64,000 nucleotides of DNA from Neocallimastix sp. 'constans' (lineage: Eukaryota). The translations under genes and the position numbers were made by a program. Location of the stretch: assembly GCA_050613775.1 (NCBI GenBank), contig JBODTK010000105.1:372001-436000 (forward strand), written 5' to 3'. This document shows positions 39,583 through 51,866 of this stretch, piece after piece; the first letter of the stretch is position 1, and every line of letters starts with the position of its first letter. The notes beneath the pieces are model-generated. The model was not told the origin of the DNA, did not search any database, and saw nothing but the letters and a program-made list of their open reading frames with translations.

Positions 39583-39840
39583 TTATTGTGGCGTTGCTAA
39601 TAGAAATATACTTTTCTTATTAGTAACTAATTAACAAGGTATCTCAGCATAGACAAGCCGTGTTGATTCTCACCAGGGGCATATTAGGCAGTAATAACAA
39701 GATCCTGAAGCACGTGACGGAACATAGATCGTGTGAATAAGGTGACGGAACTGTTATTATTGTGCGAAAGACCCTAATCAATACGTCTATTATAGTTACT
39801 TTGGTCGGAATTGGTGCTAATAATAACAACACCACAATAA
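39583..39840 (+). ncRNA. Candidate structured cis-RNA in the 5' leader of element C
   Basis: Closing stem 39583-96/39827-40, inner stems 39659-68/39776-85 and 39688-99/39752-63, possible pseudoknot 39670-74/39741-45. Confidence 0.6.
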
Positions 39841-40120
39841 TTATTATTAAATATATTATTATATAGTGAATATATTGAATTTTAAAAATAGAAATATTAT
39901 TCTAAATTTAAGATATAATAAAATTTACATAAAGTATTATTAAATCACTTGACTAAATATAGCCTTTACTGAATTATATTGAATTATTAATTAAAAAAAA
40001 AAAAAAAAAGAAAAAAAAAAAAAAAAAAAAAAATTTTTTTTTTAAACCTTAATAAATATTAAATTGATATCCGTTGAAGAATTTTTTGAAAAGCTTATTG
40101 AAATACGTAATAAAAGAAAA

Positions 40121-41416
40121 ATGTCGGAATTTAATGAGGCGATGCTCTTACAACAACGCTTCATGTCCTTGCAAGCCATAATTAATGTTACAGACAAGGA
40201 ACATGATGTAGAGCGTTGGTACGACCAGTTCGTTACATGGACTAGAATGCAAAAAATAACTAGTCTTACTGATATTTATGATTGGTGTCGTATGAAGGTG
40301 CAAGGTCAAGGTTCCAAAAGTATCCAAGCATTAGTAACTAAGGATGCTAGCGGACGCTTAGTTTATCCTACTCTTGAGCAAATGAGAGATGCATTGCTAA
40401 AAACGTACAAATTAGAAAAAGATCCTGATGATATTATTAACGAAATAAAATCTATGAAGATTAATAAACAAGAAGATGTAAAAGAATTCAATCAGAAGTA
40501 CCTGAAATTATATAATGATTTAAATGATGAATACAAATTAAGAATTACTTCTTATGACTATTTAGATGCAATAATTAGTAAACCTGCTGTGTGGCGTAGT
40601 GTAAAATCGGAAATTAAAAATAAGAAAATTACGCTATCAGAAACAATGGAAGCTGTAGAATTTTATGACAAAATGGAGAATGAATTAAAATTGAAAACTC
40701 AGAATAATAATAAAAATTCCAATTATAATAGATCCTCTAATTATAATAATCTAAGTGGTTATAATAATAATAATAATAATAATCATAATAATTCTAATTT
40801 TAATAATAAACACAAAGTTTCTTTTTGCAAAGTTTGTCATGAGAAAGGACATTCAATCTCCGACTGTTCAGGTTATGCTAAATTCCAATACTTTAAATAT
40901 ATGGATTCTAAGATGAATAACGATTTTAATAATTTCAATCCTACTTTAAACAATTTTAATAACTTTCCTAGTAATAATTTTAATAATTCTAATAATAATA
41001 ATAATAATAATTTTAATTTAAATAATCCAAATTGGAACGGAAATAATAATAGAAATAATGGTCACAAGAACAGTAATAAACATAATAAATTTAATGGCTT
41101 TACTTATTTAAATAATCAAAATTTTAATAATCAAAATTTTAATAATAATCAGCCATTCTATAACCAAAGTTATAATAATAATCCAAATTATAGTAATAAT
41201 CAAAATTTTAATAATCAGCCTCTTAATAATTATAATTTCTATAATCAGCCACTTAACAATCAAAATTTTAATAATAATCAAAATTTTAATAATAATCAAA
41301 ATTTTAATGGAAACCTTAATTACTATAATTCTCAATTTCATAATCCCGATTTTAATAACTATTGTAATGGCAATAGTAATGAAGAAAACTCCGACGAAAC
41401 TAGTTCTTTAAACTAG
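40121..41416 (+). CDS. gag: C Gag (intact ORF, CCHC knuckle, Asn-rich tail)
   Basis: First ATG at 40121 within ORF 40064-41416. CKVCHEKGHSISDC zinc knuckle. Confidence 0.88.
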   Translation: MSEFNEAMLLQQRFMSLQAIINVTDKEHDVERWYDQFVTWTRMQKITSLTDIYDWCRMKVQGQGSKSIQALVTKDASGRLVYPTLEQMRDALLKTYKLEKDPDDIINEIKSMKINKQEDVKEFNQKYLKLYNDLNDEYKLRITSYDYLDAIISKPAVWRSVKSEIKNKKITLSETMEAVEFYDKMENELKLKTQNNNKNSNYNRSSNYNNLSGYNNNNNNNHNNSNFNNKHKVSFCKVCHEKGHSISDCSGYAKFQYFKYMDSKMNNDFNNFNPTLNNFNNFPSNNFNNSNNNNNNNFNLNNPNWNGNNNRNNGHKNSNKHNKFNGFTYLNNQNFNNQNFNNNQPFYNQSYNNNPNYSNNQNFNNQPLNNYNFYNQPLNNQNFNNNQNFNNNQNFNGNLNYYNSQFHNPDFNNYCNGNSNEENSDETSSLN

Positions 41417-41456
41417 TAATGGGGAGTAAGTGCTCTCCCCTAAACCAAAACACTAA
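41407..41456 (+). promoter_or_regulatory. -1 ribosomal frameshift signal between gag and pol
   Basis: In-frame T TTA AAC, then a spacer, then GGGGAG-TAAGTGCT-CTCCCC stem. Pol is in the -1 frame and open across the site. Confidence 0.8.
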
Positions 41457-44400
41457 AAATAGGAAACATTATTACGTGGACGCAGTGAAAAGAAAAAGTG
41501 TAGAATTACCTCCAGGTACACCTATTAGAAAATCAAAATCCAATTCGGCTAAGAAAAGTACTTTTAAAACAAATGAAAAACAGCCGGAAATGGAAGACCA
41601 AACGAATTTTGAAGTTGATGTACCTAATAGAAAAATAATTAATCCTCACTTACGTAAGCGTACCACTGATAAAAATTTTAATAATTCTACTAATAGTAAT
41701 AATGATAATGATTTTATTAATAATTCTAATATTAATTCTAATAATAATTCTAATAATAATAATTCAAATAATTTAAATACTTATAATTCTAATAAGTCAA
41801 ATGATAATTCAAATTTTAATAAAAATTCTAATAATTCTAATAAAAATAATAATATTTCTAATAAATTTAATAATATTTCTAATAATAATTCTGAATTAAA
41901 TTCTTTTAATACTAATAAAAATTCTGATATTTTAATTAATAATAATTCAAATAAATTAAACTATAATTCTAATACTAATTTAATTAATGATTCTAACAAA
42001 ATTTCCGATAATAATAATTCTATAAAAATGAATACTAATGAAGAAAGTTTATTAATTAATTCTAATAATAACAAAAATTTTTTTAATAATAATTCTAATG
42101 ATTTTAATAATAAAATTTTAATTGATAATAAATTTAATAATCTTAAAAATACTAATAATGATACTTTAAATAATTATTCTAATTCTAATCAAAAATTAAA
42201 TAACTTAAATTATTCTACTGATGATTTTAACCCTAATGATCTTAATAATTTTAATAAAAATTTAATTAATCCAAAAGAATTAAAAGTTGGGACCAATAAA
42301 AAGAAAGTCCGATTTAATATTAAAGATCCTCCTGATACACGTGATCATGATGAAGATACTAATAATAATAATAAAAATGAAAAGATAGAAAAACATATAT
42401 TATTAGCTAATAAATATTCTATTGAACCTTATAATTTATCGAAAGATTTAGCAAATACTAAATGTGATATTACATATGCTCAATTATTAGATATTTCTCC
42501 CAAAGCAAGAGCTGATTTAATTAAAAATTTAAAATTAGAAAAATTAAAAATTTCTAGTACTATGAATATAGAGGATAATTTTGTCTATAATTATGAATAT
42601 GATGAAATTAAAAATAATAACAATTTCAAAGAAGACGACTTAGGTATTGTTCTAGCCTCTGTCGATAATATTGAAAATAAATTGCTCATAGATTCCGGTA
42701 GCAATTCAAATCTTATTTCAGTTGATTATTTTAATTCTTTACCTGGCCAATACGAAACTGTTGGTATTTGCCATGGTCGTATTTGCGAAGCTTTAGGTGA
42801 TGATACAGTCACTGACGCCATAGTTATTCGTCTTAATGTTCTTATTAATACTTATTCCTTTTATGCTAACTTTTGTGTTATTGATCATAATACTAATTAT
42901 TTTGATTTGCTAATTGGTCTTAAAACTATAGCTGATAATTATTTATTTATTCATCCTATGGCTAAAACTTTATGTCGTTTTACTTCCTATGATTCTTTTG
43001 ATATTATTACACCTTTATTAGAAAATCAGGAAGCCGAATTAATTAGTTGTTTTGTTAAATATATTAATCCTAGTAAATTAATTAATACTTTAAATTATAA
43101 TGATAATATTAATATTAATAAATCTAATAATTTTACTACGGATACAAGAAATAAGCAAATTATTGAACCTGAGCCACAAATTATTGAAAATGCGCCACAA
43201 GAAGAAAATCTTTCACCTACTGAATATATTCAATCTCAAAATTTTCAATCAAAAATCGAAGGTCCTTTTAAACCAAATATATCTAAACTTTTAATGGATT
43301 TCATTGATATCGTTGCCACTTCGTCTGAGCAACTTTCTCCCTCAAAACTAAAACCTCATCATATCCAGTTATTTCAAAATGCTGTTCCTTTTAAGAGTAG
43401 ATTTTATAAACTTAATAGGCTTAAATCGGATGCATTAAAAGCTGAACTTGTTAAACTTATTAATAAAGGCTTAATTGTTCCTTCTTATTCTGCTTGGTCT
43501 TCACCAATTGTACTTGTTATGAAAAAGAATGGTAAATGGAGACTTTGCACTGATTACAGGAAATTAAACGCAATGACTGTTCCTGATTCTTATTCACTTC
43601 CAAATATTGATGAAATTTTTAGTTCATTAGATGGTGCTATAATATTCTCTACTCTGGATTTATTTTCGGGGTATCATCAAATACGTATGGCGGAAGATAG
43701 TATTGATCTTACAAGTTTTACTACCAAATATGGAAATTTCGTATACAAAGTTATGCCATTCGGTCTAACTGGTGCTCCAGCCACATTCCAGAGAGAAATG
43801 AATCGTATTCTTTTCGATTTATTAGGTAAATGTGTTTTTGTTTTTCTCGATGATATTCTCATATTTTCAAATTCTTTTGAAGAACATCTTGTACACCTTA
43901 AACAAGTTTCCGAAATATTTTGTAAATATGAAGTTAAAATCAACATTGAAAAATGTTGCTTCTTCAAGGAGGAGGTAGAACTACTCGGCCATGTAGTATC
44001 TAATAACGGCCTCAAAACCATAAATTCAAAAGTCAATGCTGTAGCTAAATGGTTGAAACCTGAAAATATCTCAGAACTTAGATCTTTCTTGGGTTCTGTA
44101 GGTTATTATAGAAAAATTATGAATAGCGTTGCTATGATTGCTGCACCACTCTACAAACTGTTACGAAAGAATGTTCCTGATATACGGGAAAATACACACC
44201 AAGATAGTTACAATAAAATTGAAACACTCCTATATACTGATCATAAGACACTAATGGGACTATTCAGTAATAAAGAACCTAATAATATACGCCACATCCG
44301 ACGGTGTATAACAATAAGTACGTTAAGAATTAAAATACTCTATGAACCGGGAAAAAGAAATTACATAGCGGACTCCTTATTCCGAATAAAAATTAATGAA

Positions 44401-45219
44401 AATAAACAGGATATTAAAAATAATAATAAAGAAAATAATAAATTAAAGGATTCAACTACGCCACATATTAAAACATCAAATAATAAAAAAATTTCAAGTC
44501 TAAAAATTAAGAAAAATTTTAATTTCAAAAATTTCATATTTCAAAAATTGCGGGAAAAATGGTGGTATATAGACAATTGGAAATTTTCAAAAATTTTTTA
44601 TCTTTTTAATGACAATATGGATTCCAATAAATTACAATATAATCCAAATATATGGCTCAATATAAAATTCAATAACTTAAAATTAAATCAGAATAAATTA
44701 AAAATATTTTTGATTCAGTTACTTCAATTAAAAAGAAATATAAATAAATATCATTCTAATATATTAGCTAATATAAATTCCTATATATTATAATATAACC
44801 AAGGTAATTCTTCTATGTACGAAAAACATAATTTTAACGATCTATGTCAATTAAAAGAACAAATAAATCAATTGAAAATTAATACAATAAAACATATTGA
44901 TAATATACTACACAACAAAAGTCAAGAATATAATAATATTACTTATAATATATATTATATTAATACTATTAATCCTATTAATAATAATAATAATATTAAA
45001 GAAAATGGAAATAATAATGAAATTATTGATGAAGAAATTTTAAATCTTACTGAATTTATGCAAAAAGTCATTTATGACCCTTATTTTGTAGAATCAGTTG
45101 AAGTTACAGGAAAACAATTTAATACAGTAAAATTAGTAGATCCAAATACAAAACTACCTTTGGAAAGACCAGTACTATTTAAAAATATAATAAAATTTAA
45201 TTCAACAACTATACCATAG
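41413..45219 (+). pseudogene. pol: C pol: protease and RT open, RNase H internally deleted, only the integrase C-terminus left
   Basis: LIDSGS, MPFGLTGAPATFQ, FLDD. Jumps to TDHK without TDAS. 44815-45219 ends DPYF...FNTVKL..ERPVLFKNIIKF. Confidence 0.88.
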
Positions 45220-46542
45220 TTGTAACTAAAGAAGGGACGAATGATATAAAACGTAAATAAAAACTTTAATTATTAATAAATTATTTTATTAATAATTACA
45301 TAAAAATAAATTAATAAATCATTTGCAAACTCGTGATATAAATAAAACGTGATCGAAAATAACGTGAGAAAATTAAAATTATGTAAAGACATAAAATTAT
45401 GAAAGAACATAAAAATTAATGTAAACAAAAAATTTATGTAATAAATTTTATGTTATGTTAAAATTGAAATAATTTATAAATTTCTTTTTATTATTTTTAT
45501 TATTTTTATATTTAATATTTTATTTTATTATATTTTTAATTATTTTAATAATTATTATTTTATATTAATATTTAATTATAATAAATTTATATTTTTATTA
45601 ATATTTTATGAATATTTTATATTTTATTTTATACTTTTATATTAAATACTTTAAATACTTAATAGTTACTCTAAAAGAATTAATTAATTAATTAAATAGT
45701 TTATTATGAATTTCAAATATAAAAACAAGAATAATTCTTTATAATTATTCTTTGCAGCACAATTTTATGCCAAATTTATATTATAATTATTTTATATTTT
45801 CAAGATAAATATTAAATACATGTATTAATTAATTTTATAATTATTTTTAAATAAATAAATAAATTTTATAATTAAATAACAATTTTATAAAACTTCTCCC
45901 AACAAGAGAACTTGAACCAAAGGCGTACTTTATCAATTACTATTTATAAATTATTATTGTATTATTATATTAATATTATAAACTTAAATTATTATGAAAA
46001 TTATAGTATAAAAATTTAATTAAGAAATAATTTAGAAAAGTAGACTTTATTAAAAAAAAAGAAAAAGAGAAAATAAATAATAAAAGTCCAGTTGTATGTT
46101 ATTTTATAATAAATAAAATAAATACATAAACAAAAATATATTTTTTTAGTTATATTAAAGAGAATATAACTAAAATATAAAATAATTAATTTTATTTAAT
46201 TATTTATTAAAAATAGTTTTGTGTTAATAAAAAGTTTATTTTTATATAATAAAATAAACAAATAAATTTTTATTAATAAAAGTTGTTAAAAACTTCTTAT
46301 CTAACGTTAAGAACTAAAAGACAACTTTCAGCATAAACATTTTATATTTATTATTATAATTTGTTTATCAGTAATATTAATAAGAATATTTAATAGGAAA
46401 TACAAGGTATTTAATGACACCCCGTATCATTTGATAAGGTACCACCATAAATACCATAATTTAGTGAAAATTAGGTTAGAAATAATTAGTGAAATCTTAT
46501 TGGTTAATGTAATGAAACTTGTCAGAAATTATAAATTATTTA

Positions 46543-48350
46543 TGATATAAAACGTAAATAAAAACTTTAATTATTAATAAATTTGTAAAGAGACTTAGTC
46601 TGATTGGGATACGTATACAAGGTTACACGGACTAAAGATTAGAATAACTAGGTTAGAAAAATTTTTGCTGTGTATTTTATTTGTTATTTGGTTAGGGTTC
46701 TTTTATTATTAAAACAAAATAATTATTTTATGAATCAATAGATTATTTAATTAGAATACAATCCGAATAAATAATTCACATAAATTTTATTTGGTAACAC
46801 ATAATTAATGTAAAATAAAGAAACTTTGTTTTTTTTAAAATTAAAATAATTTCATTTATTATTTATTGATATAAAAGTTTAATAATAAAAAGTTTAATAC
46901 AATTTTTATAAAATAGAAAGTCTTAAATATATTTTCTATAATAAAATTTTCAATTAAAGAATTTTAGAGATAAATTGTCAGAGATAATTTGTCAATAATC
47001 TTTTTCAAAGATTAATTTAAAATAAAAACTAAACTATTTATATTTTTCCTAAACTATGTTTACATGGCTTATAATTGTTTACATTTTATTTCTATTATTA
47101 ATTCCTAATCTAAATAAATTTTTATTTTAATTATTTAATGATAAATTGGATCCCTTGTTTATTTTGTTTTAAGTTTTCTTTAGTATTATCTAGATAATTA
47201 TAAAAAATAAAATATTAGTTATTTTGTAATTAATATCCTAATCTAATAAGGGTATATTTTATATTTGATATATGTTATTTATATTTTAATAATTAAATTA
47301 TAATAAAAATAATTATTAAAAATTTTAATTAATTTTAATTAATACCCTTAAACTTTAAATGTAAATATCTCGACATCTAGGAGGCTTTGAGACCTCGTAT
47401 GATGACAAAATTATTTTTCTCTTCGCAACCTATCGGATGCGCCTATTTTTAACTCTCTATCACGGCGATTTGAGGAGTTATGGACTTTTAAGGTCAAAGC
47501 CCATTTTTTATTAACTTTATTTATTTATTTTATTAATTTAATATATTCGTTTTTAAACGAATATTTTATTTTAAAGTTTTAATTTATTATAATTTCTTAT
47601 TTATTATTTTCTAATTGTGAAGTTACTAATTTCAATAAAAGTAATTTCAAATTTTATTTTAATTTCATTTTTCTTATTTTTATAAAATTATTTTATTAAT
47701 AATTACATAAAAATAAATTAATAAATCATTTGCAAATTCGTGACATAAATAAAACGTGATCGTAAATAACGTGATAAAATTAAAATTATGTAAAGACATA
47801 AAATTATGAAAGAACATAAAAATTAATGTAAACATAAAATTTATTACTTAAATTTTATGTTATGTTAAAATTGAAATAATTTATAAATTTCTTTTTATTA
47901 TTTTTATTATTTTTATATTGATATTTTATTTTATTATATTTTTAATTATTTTTAATAATTATTATTTTATATTAATATTTTATATTTTTATAATAAATTT
48001 ATATTTTTATTAATATTTTATTATTATTTTATATTTTATTTTATATATTATACTTTATATTAAATAGTTTAAATACTTAATAGTTATTCTAAAAGAATTA
48101 ATTAAATAGTTTATTATGAATTTCAAATATAAAAACAAGAATAATTCTTTATAATTATTCTTTGCAGCACAGTTTTATGCCAAATTTATATTATAATTCT
48201 TTATATTTTCAAGATAAATATTAAATACATGTATTAATTAATTTTATAATTATTTTTAAATAATAAATAAAATAAATTTTATAATTAAATAACTACTTAA
48301 ATAAAACTTCTCCCAACAAAAGAACTTGAACCTATAGGCGTACTTTATCA
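46543..48350 (+). mobile_element. Solo LTR of family C, interrupted by another solo LTR
   Basis: Matches 38302-38998. 4-bp TSD TTTA on both sides. Confidence 0.93.
46584..47684. mobile_element. Solo-LTR-like insertion
   Basis: Precisely interrupts the family-C LTR with TSD AAATT. Termini TGTAAAGA...TTTTTATA. Confidence 0.8.
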
Positions 48351-48358
48351 TTTAGAAC

Positions 48359-49225
48359 TGTAAATTAATACAAATTAATTTACATATGAAATACGTGATG
48401 TATTGATAAATATACATAATGTAAATATATAAATATTATAAGAATAAGCCACATTAAATTATATATATAAATATATTATAATGATAATATATGTGAAACC
48501 ATTCTTAATTCATTATTCCTATTATTCTTAATTCATAATTACTGATTCTATACAAACTATTACTAAGAATAAATATAATAATATTGAATTCATATTAGAA
48601 TTCATACATATTTGATTATAATAAATTAAATATATTAAATAAAGATCACACATATAAACCTAATTTACAAAAAAACTCATAACTGTAACAGATACATGGT
48701 AACTTCATGCCTATACAATGATAGTTCTTAGGTTACGTAACGTATCTCTAAATAGTTAGCAATTTCGGCTAATCAAATAAAATCTTTTCTTAAATTTCGT
48801 ACATTAAATTTTATTATTTTATAGTTAAATATTTAGTTAAATATATATTTTTATTTAGTGATTAGTAAACTGAGTTAAATTAAATTATTTACCAATCATA
48901 AAATTATTAACATGTATAAATAATAATTGAACTTGTAACTGTAACGCGCTAGCGTTAATATTAACGTAAATTGTTAAAATAAATATTAATATTAATAAAT
49001 AAAAATATAATTATTAAATAAATAAATTTACCCTGTGTAAGCCCAGTAACTAATAACAAATAGAGTTATATAGGGCTGCGCTATATTCTAGAGTAATAAG
49101 AATAAATAATTAATTAATTCTAGTGTTTATTATTAAAAATTCCAATAGAGAGGTGTTAAGTTATCTTAGCCTTTAAAATTAATTATTATTCGTTATTTTA
49201 GTTAATAATAAACCTTCCTTTTACA
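48359..49225. mobile_element. Probable solo LTR
   Basis: TGTAAA...TTTACA termini, flanks AGAAC/ATAAC (4/5). Confidence 0.45.
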
Positions 49226-49230
49226 ATAAC

Positions 49231-51170
49231 TGATACGATATTTTATTTATGTATCTAAATTAATATTTATTTATGGGCAATGACAATAAGGAATTATGAC
49301 AAAATAATATATTCTAATATTAAATAGAAATAACACATACAATAGTACAAAATAAAATAATAAATATATCTTTTTAATATTCTCTTTATTTATTATTAAT
49401 TATTAATATTGTTATTAATATAAATAATATAATTAATTATCTCAAATATATATCATATCTCTTTTTAACTATACTAAATAAAATATAAAAATAGCTATTT
49501 ATGTGAATTAATGTATCATAAGTATAAACTTATAAATAAAAGAATTCCCCGTTTAAAATTATTATTATAAAATTAAATATATTACTATAAAATTATTACT
49601 GACCAATAATATTAAAGTATTTCTTTAACCTAAAGAATCAACCTAAATATCATATTTATAGTGGTCATGTATCAAGACGCCCCCACTTAAATTAGACTTC
49701 GTCCCTTGAAGTCTCTATAACAATATAATAATTTTTTTTTTAAAAAAATTAAATGGTTATTTTAATTTTTGAAATTCGAAATCTTGAAATTTCGAATTAA
49801 TTTAATTTAAATTATTGTTATATATATATTTATTTATTTATTAATACCTCATCATAATTAAATTATTTATTTTTTTTTATTTCTATTATTTTATTATTAT
49901 TATTATTATTGTTATTTATTGTTATTATTGTAATTATTGTTATTATAATTCATTTCGTTAATATTAAATTTTTTATTTTCGTTATTTGAATAATTATCAG
50001 TGTTATTAGTATTGTTATTATTAAAACCACTATTATTTCCTACTGAATTTATGTTTCTACTATATCCATTATTGCTTTTATTTATATTATTTCCAATTAT
50101 ATTATCTTGAGTATTATCTATATTTGAATTAAACGTATTTTCAACAAAATTATATAAATTATTGTTGAAATTAATTTCATTTCTAATATTTACATCTTTA
50201 TTTCTTTGTATATTATAATTTATACCATGATTATTGTTTATTCTATATTTTTTTGTATTCATATTCTCATTTAAATTATTATTATTGTTATTGGTACCAA
50301 AATTTTTATTTAAATCATAATTACTTTTATTTAGATAATTATTTAAATTATTATAATTATTATTATCAAAATTATTATTTAAATTATAATTATTTCTATA
50401 AATTTCTCTATTTCCATTATGCTTTTTACCAAAACTAATCATATTATGATGATTTTTAGTAATATTACTATATAAGTTATAATTTCAACGATAATAATTA
50501 TTATAGCTTTTATTTCTATTATATAAATTAAATTTATAATTATAATTATGGTTTCCAGATATAAAATTTTTTCTTTTATTTATTTCCAAAATTCCAGTTC
50601 TTTCTAATTCCGCTAATTCTTTAAATGAGTGTCTACAATTAATAGCTTTATGATCTAACTCAACATCTAAAGCATATAATTTTATTATTCTTATTGTTTT
50701 TTTACTATTTAATTTTCATTTTGCAATTATTATAATTCCATTTTTGTTTATTATACTTATAAATATTATTTAAATTTAAATTTAATTTCTTTTCAATTCT
50801 TTCAACTTTTTCTGCATATTTGAGAGCTTCATTTAAATCTTTGATTTCTTCTAATATTCTTAAACAAGGATATATTCTGGACTTAATTGAATTAACATAA
50901 TTATTAGCAGTAATTAATTTCTTTATATTACTATCAATATCATATTTTCTTTCGTATTTATAATTAAAATTACTAATTGATTCATTTGAATTAATTTTTA
51001 AATTAATTAAGTTCCAATATTTTACCTTTGGTGTTATTTCTAGATATTCTTCTAAGGCTATTTTTATTTCTTTTAAACTAGGAACCTGATTCTTTTTTTC
51101 TCTTAATTCATCAAGAATATACTTAATTTCTTTATTTACACATTCTTTACATAAAATAATATTGCTTTAT
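49231..51170 (-). mobile_element. Element H: A-related gypsy relic with gag only, PPT and 3' LTR (~49231-49674)
   Basis: Gag PSLKEIKIALEEYLEITP...CFRC resembles A Gag. Pre-PPT hairpin and PPT (AGACTTCAAGGGACGAAGTCT..AAGTGGGGG) match A. TGATAC...GTATCA termini. Confidence 0.75.
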
Positions 51171-51866
51171 ATAAAACATGGAATATAAATATAATATAAG
51201 AGTGGCTTAAATTACACAGAATAAATAAATTAATGATATTTAATTTTAAAGTTATAAATTAATAGGGTTAGTTTAACATTTTATATTAAAATAATCATAA
51301 AATTTTAAATTTTAATGATATTTGTTCTTTTCCTCTAATTATTTTTACTTATTTCAATTTTATATTTAATAAAACAATATTTTATTAAACGTCCAAAATA
51401 TTAATATGATATATATGCTAAAACATACATATATTGATAATATTATGGGTAGTTTTGTATGCTGATTGAATTGAACTTTATGCATATAATTGGTATAAAT
51501 TGTGATAATAATATTTTTTATTAACATAATATTTTATTATGTTAATAAAAAATATTATCACTATTTCTTCTTTCTTGTTCTTTTATATCCCATAATTCAA
51601 ATGACTTTGTTAATTCTTCTATCCATTCATTGATATCATTATAATTTTCTATTAATGGTAACATACTTAATATCTTAAAAACATTCATCTTTAAAATTTA
51701 TTCTTATATTTTTTTATTTCAATTTTCTTATTCAATTTAATATTAAACTATTACTTTATTTTTAATGTTATTCTTTTACTTTTCTTTTATTGCCTTCATA
51801 ATAAAAATATTATTTCATTTCATGATTTTATTTTTTTATTTTTTTAAATTATATTTTTATCTTATT

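Larger units (their letters stand above)
38302..45935 (+). mobile_element. Element C: Ty3/gypsy retrotransposon with internal deletions in RNase H and integrase
   Basis: Near-identical LTRs 38302-38998 and 45242-45935, 4-bp TSD ATTA, PBS TGGTGGAGATATCGG at 39002, PPT AAAGAAGGGACGAA at 45228. Confidence 0.95.
34036..46370 (+). mobile_element. Element B: gag-less Ty3/gypsy element; 3' LTR split by element C
   Basis: 5' LTR 34036-34614, 3' LTR 38144-38301 plus 45940-46370, TSD GTAAT both sides, PBS at 34617, PPT AAGGGAGGAAG at 38130. Confidence 0.95.
33925..46429 (-). mobile_element. Truncated family-A-like LTR split by element B (pieces ~33925-34035 and 46371-46429)
   Basis: 46376-46429 is the reverse complement of the A LTR start (TGATACGGGGTGTCA..). 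The A-type tandem units resume left of 34036. Confidence 0.8.

Noticed and set aside
39644..39835. 63-aa minus-strand ORF
   Set aside because: Non-ATG start and antisense to the structured leader; explained by local GC content.
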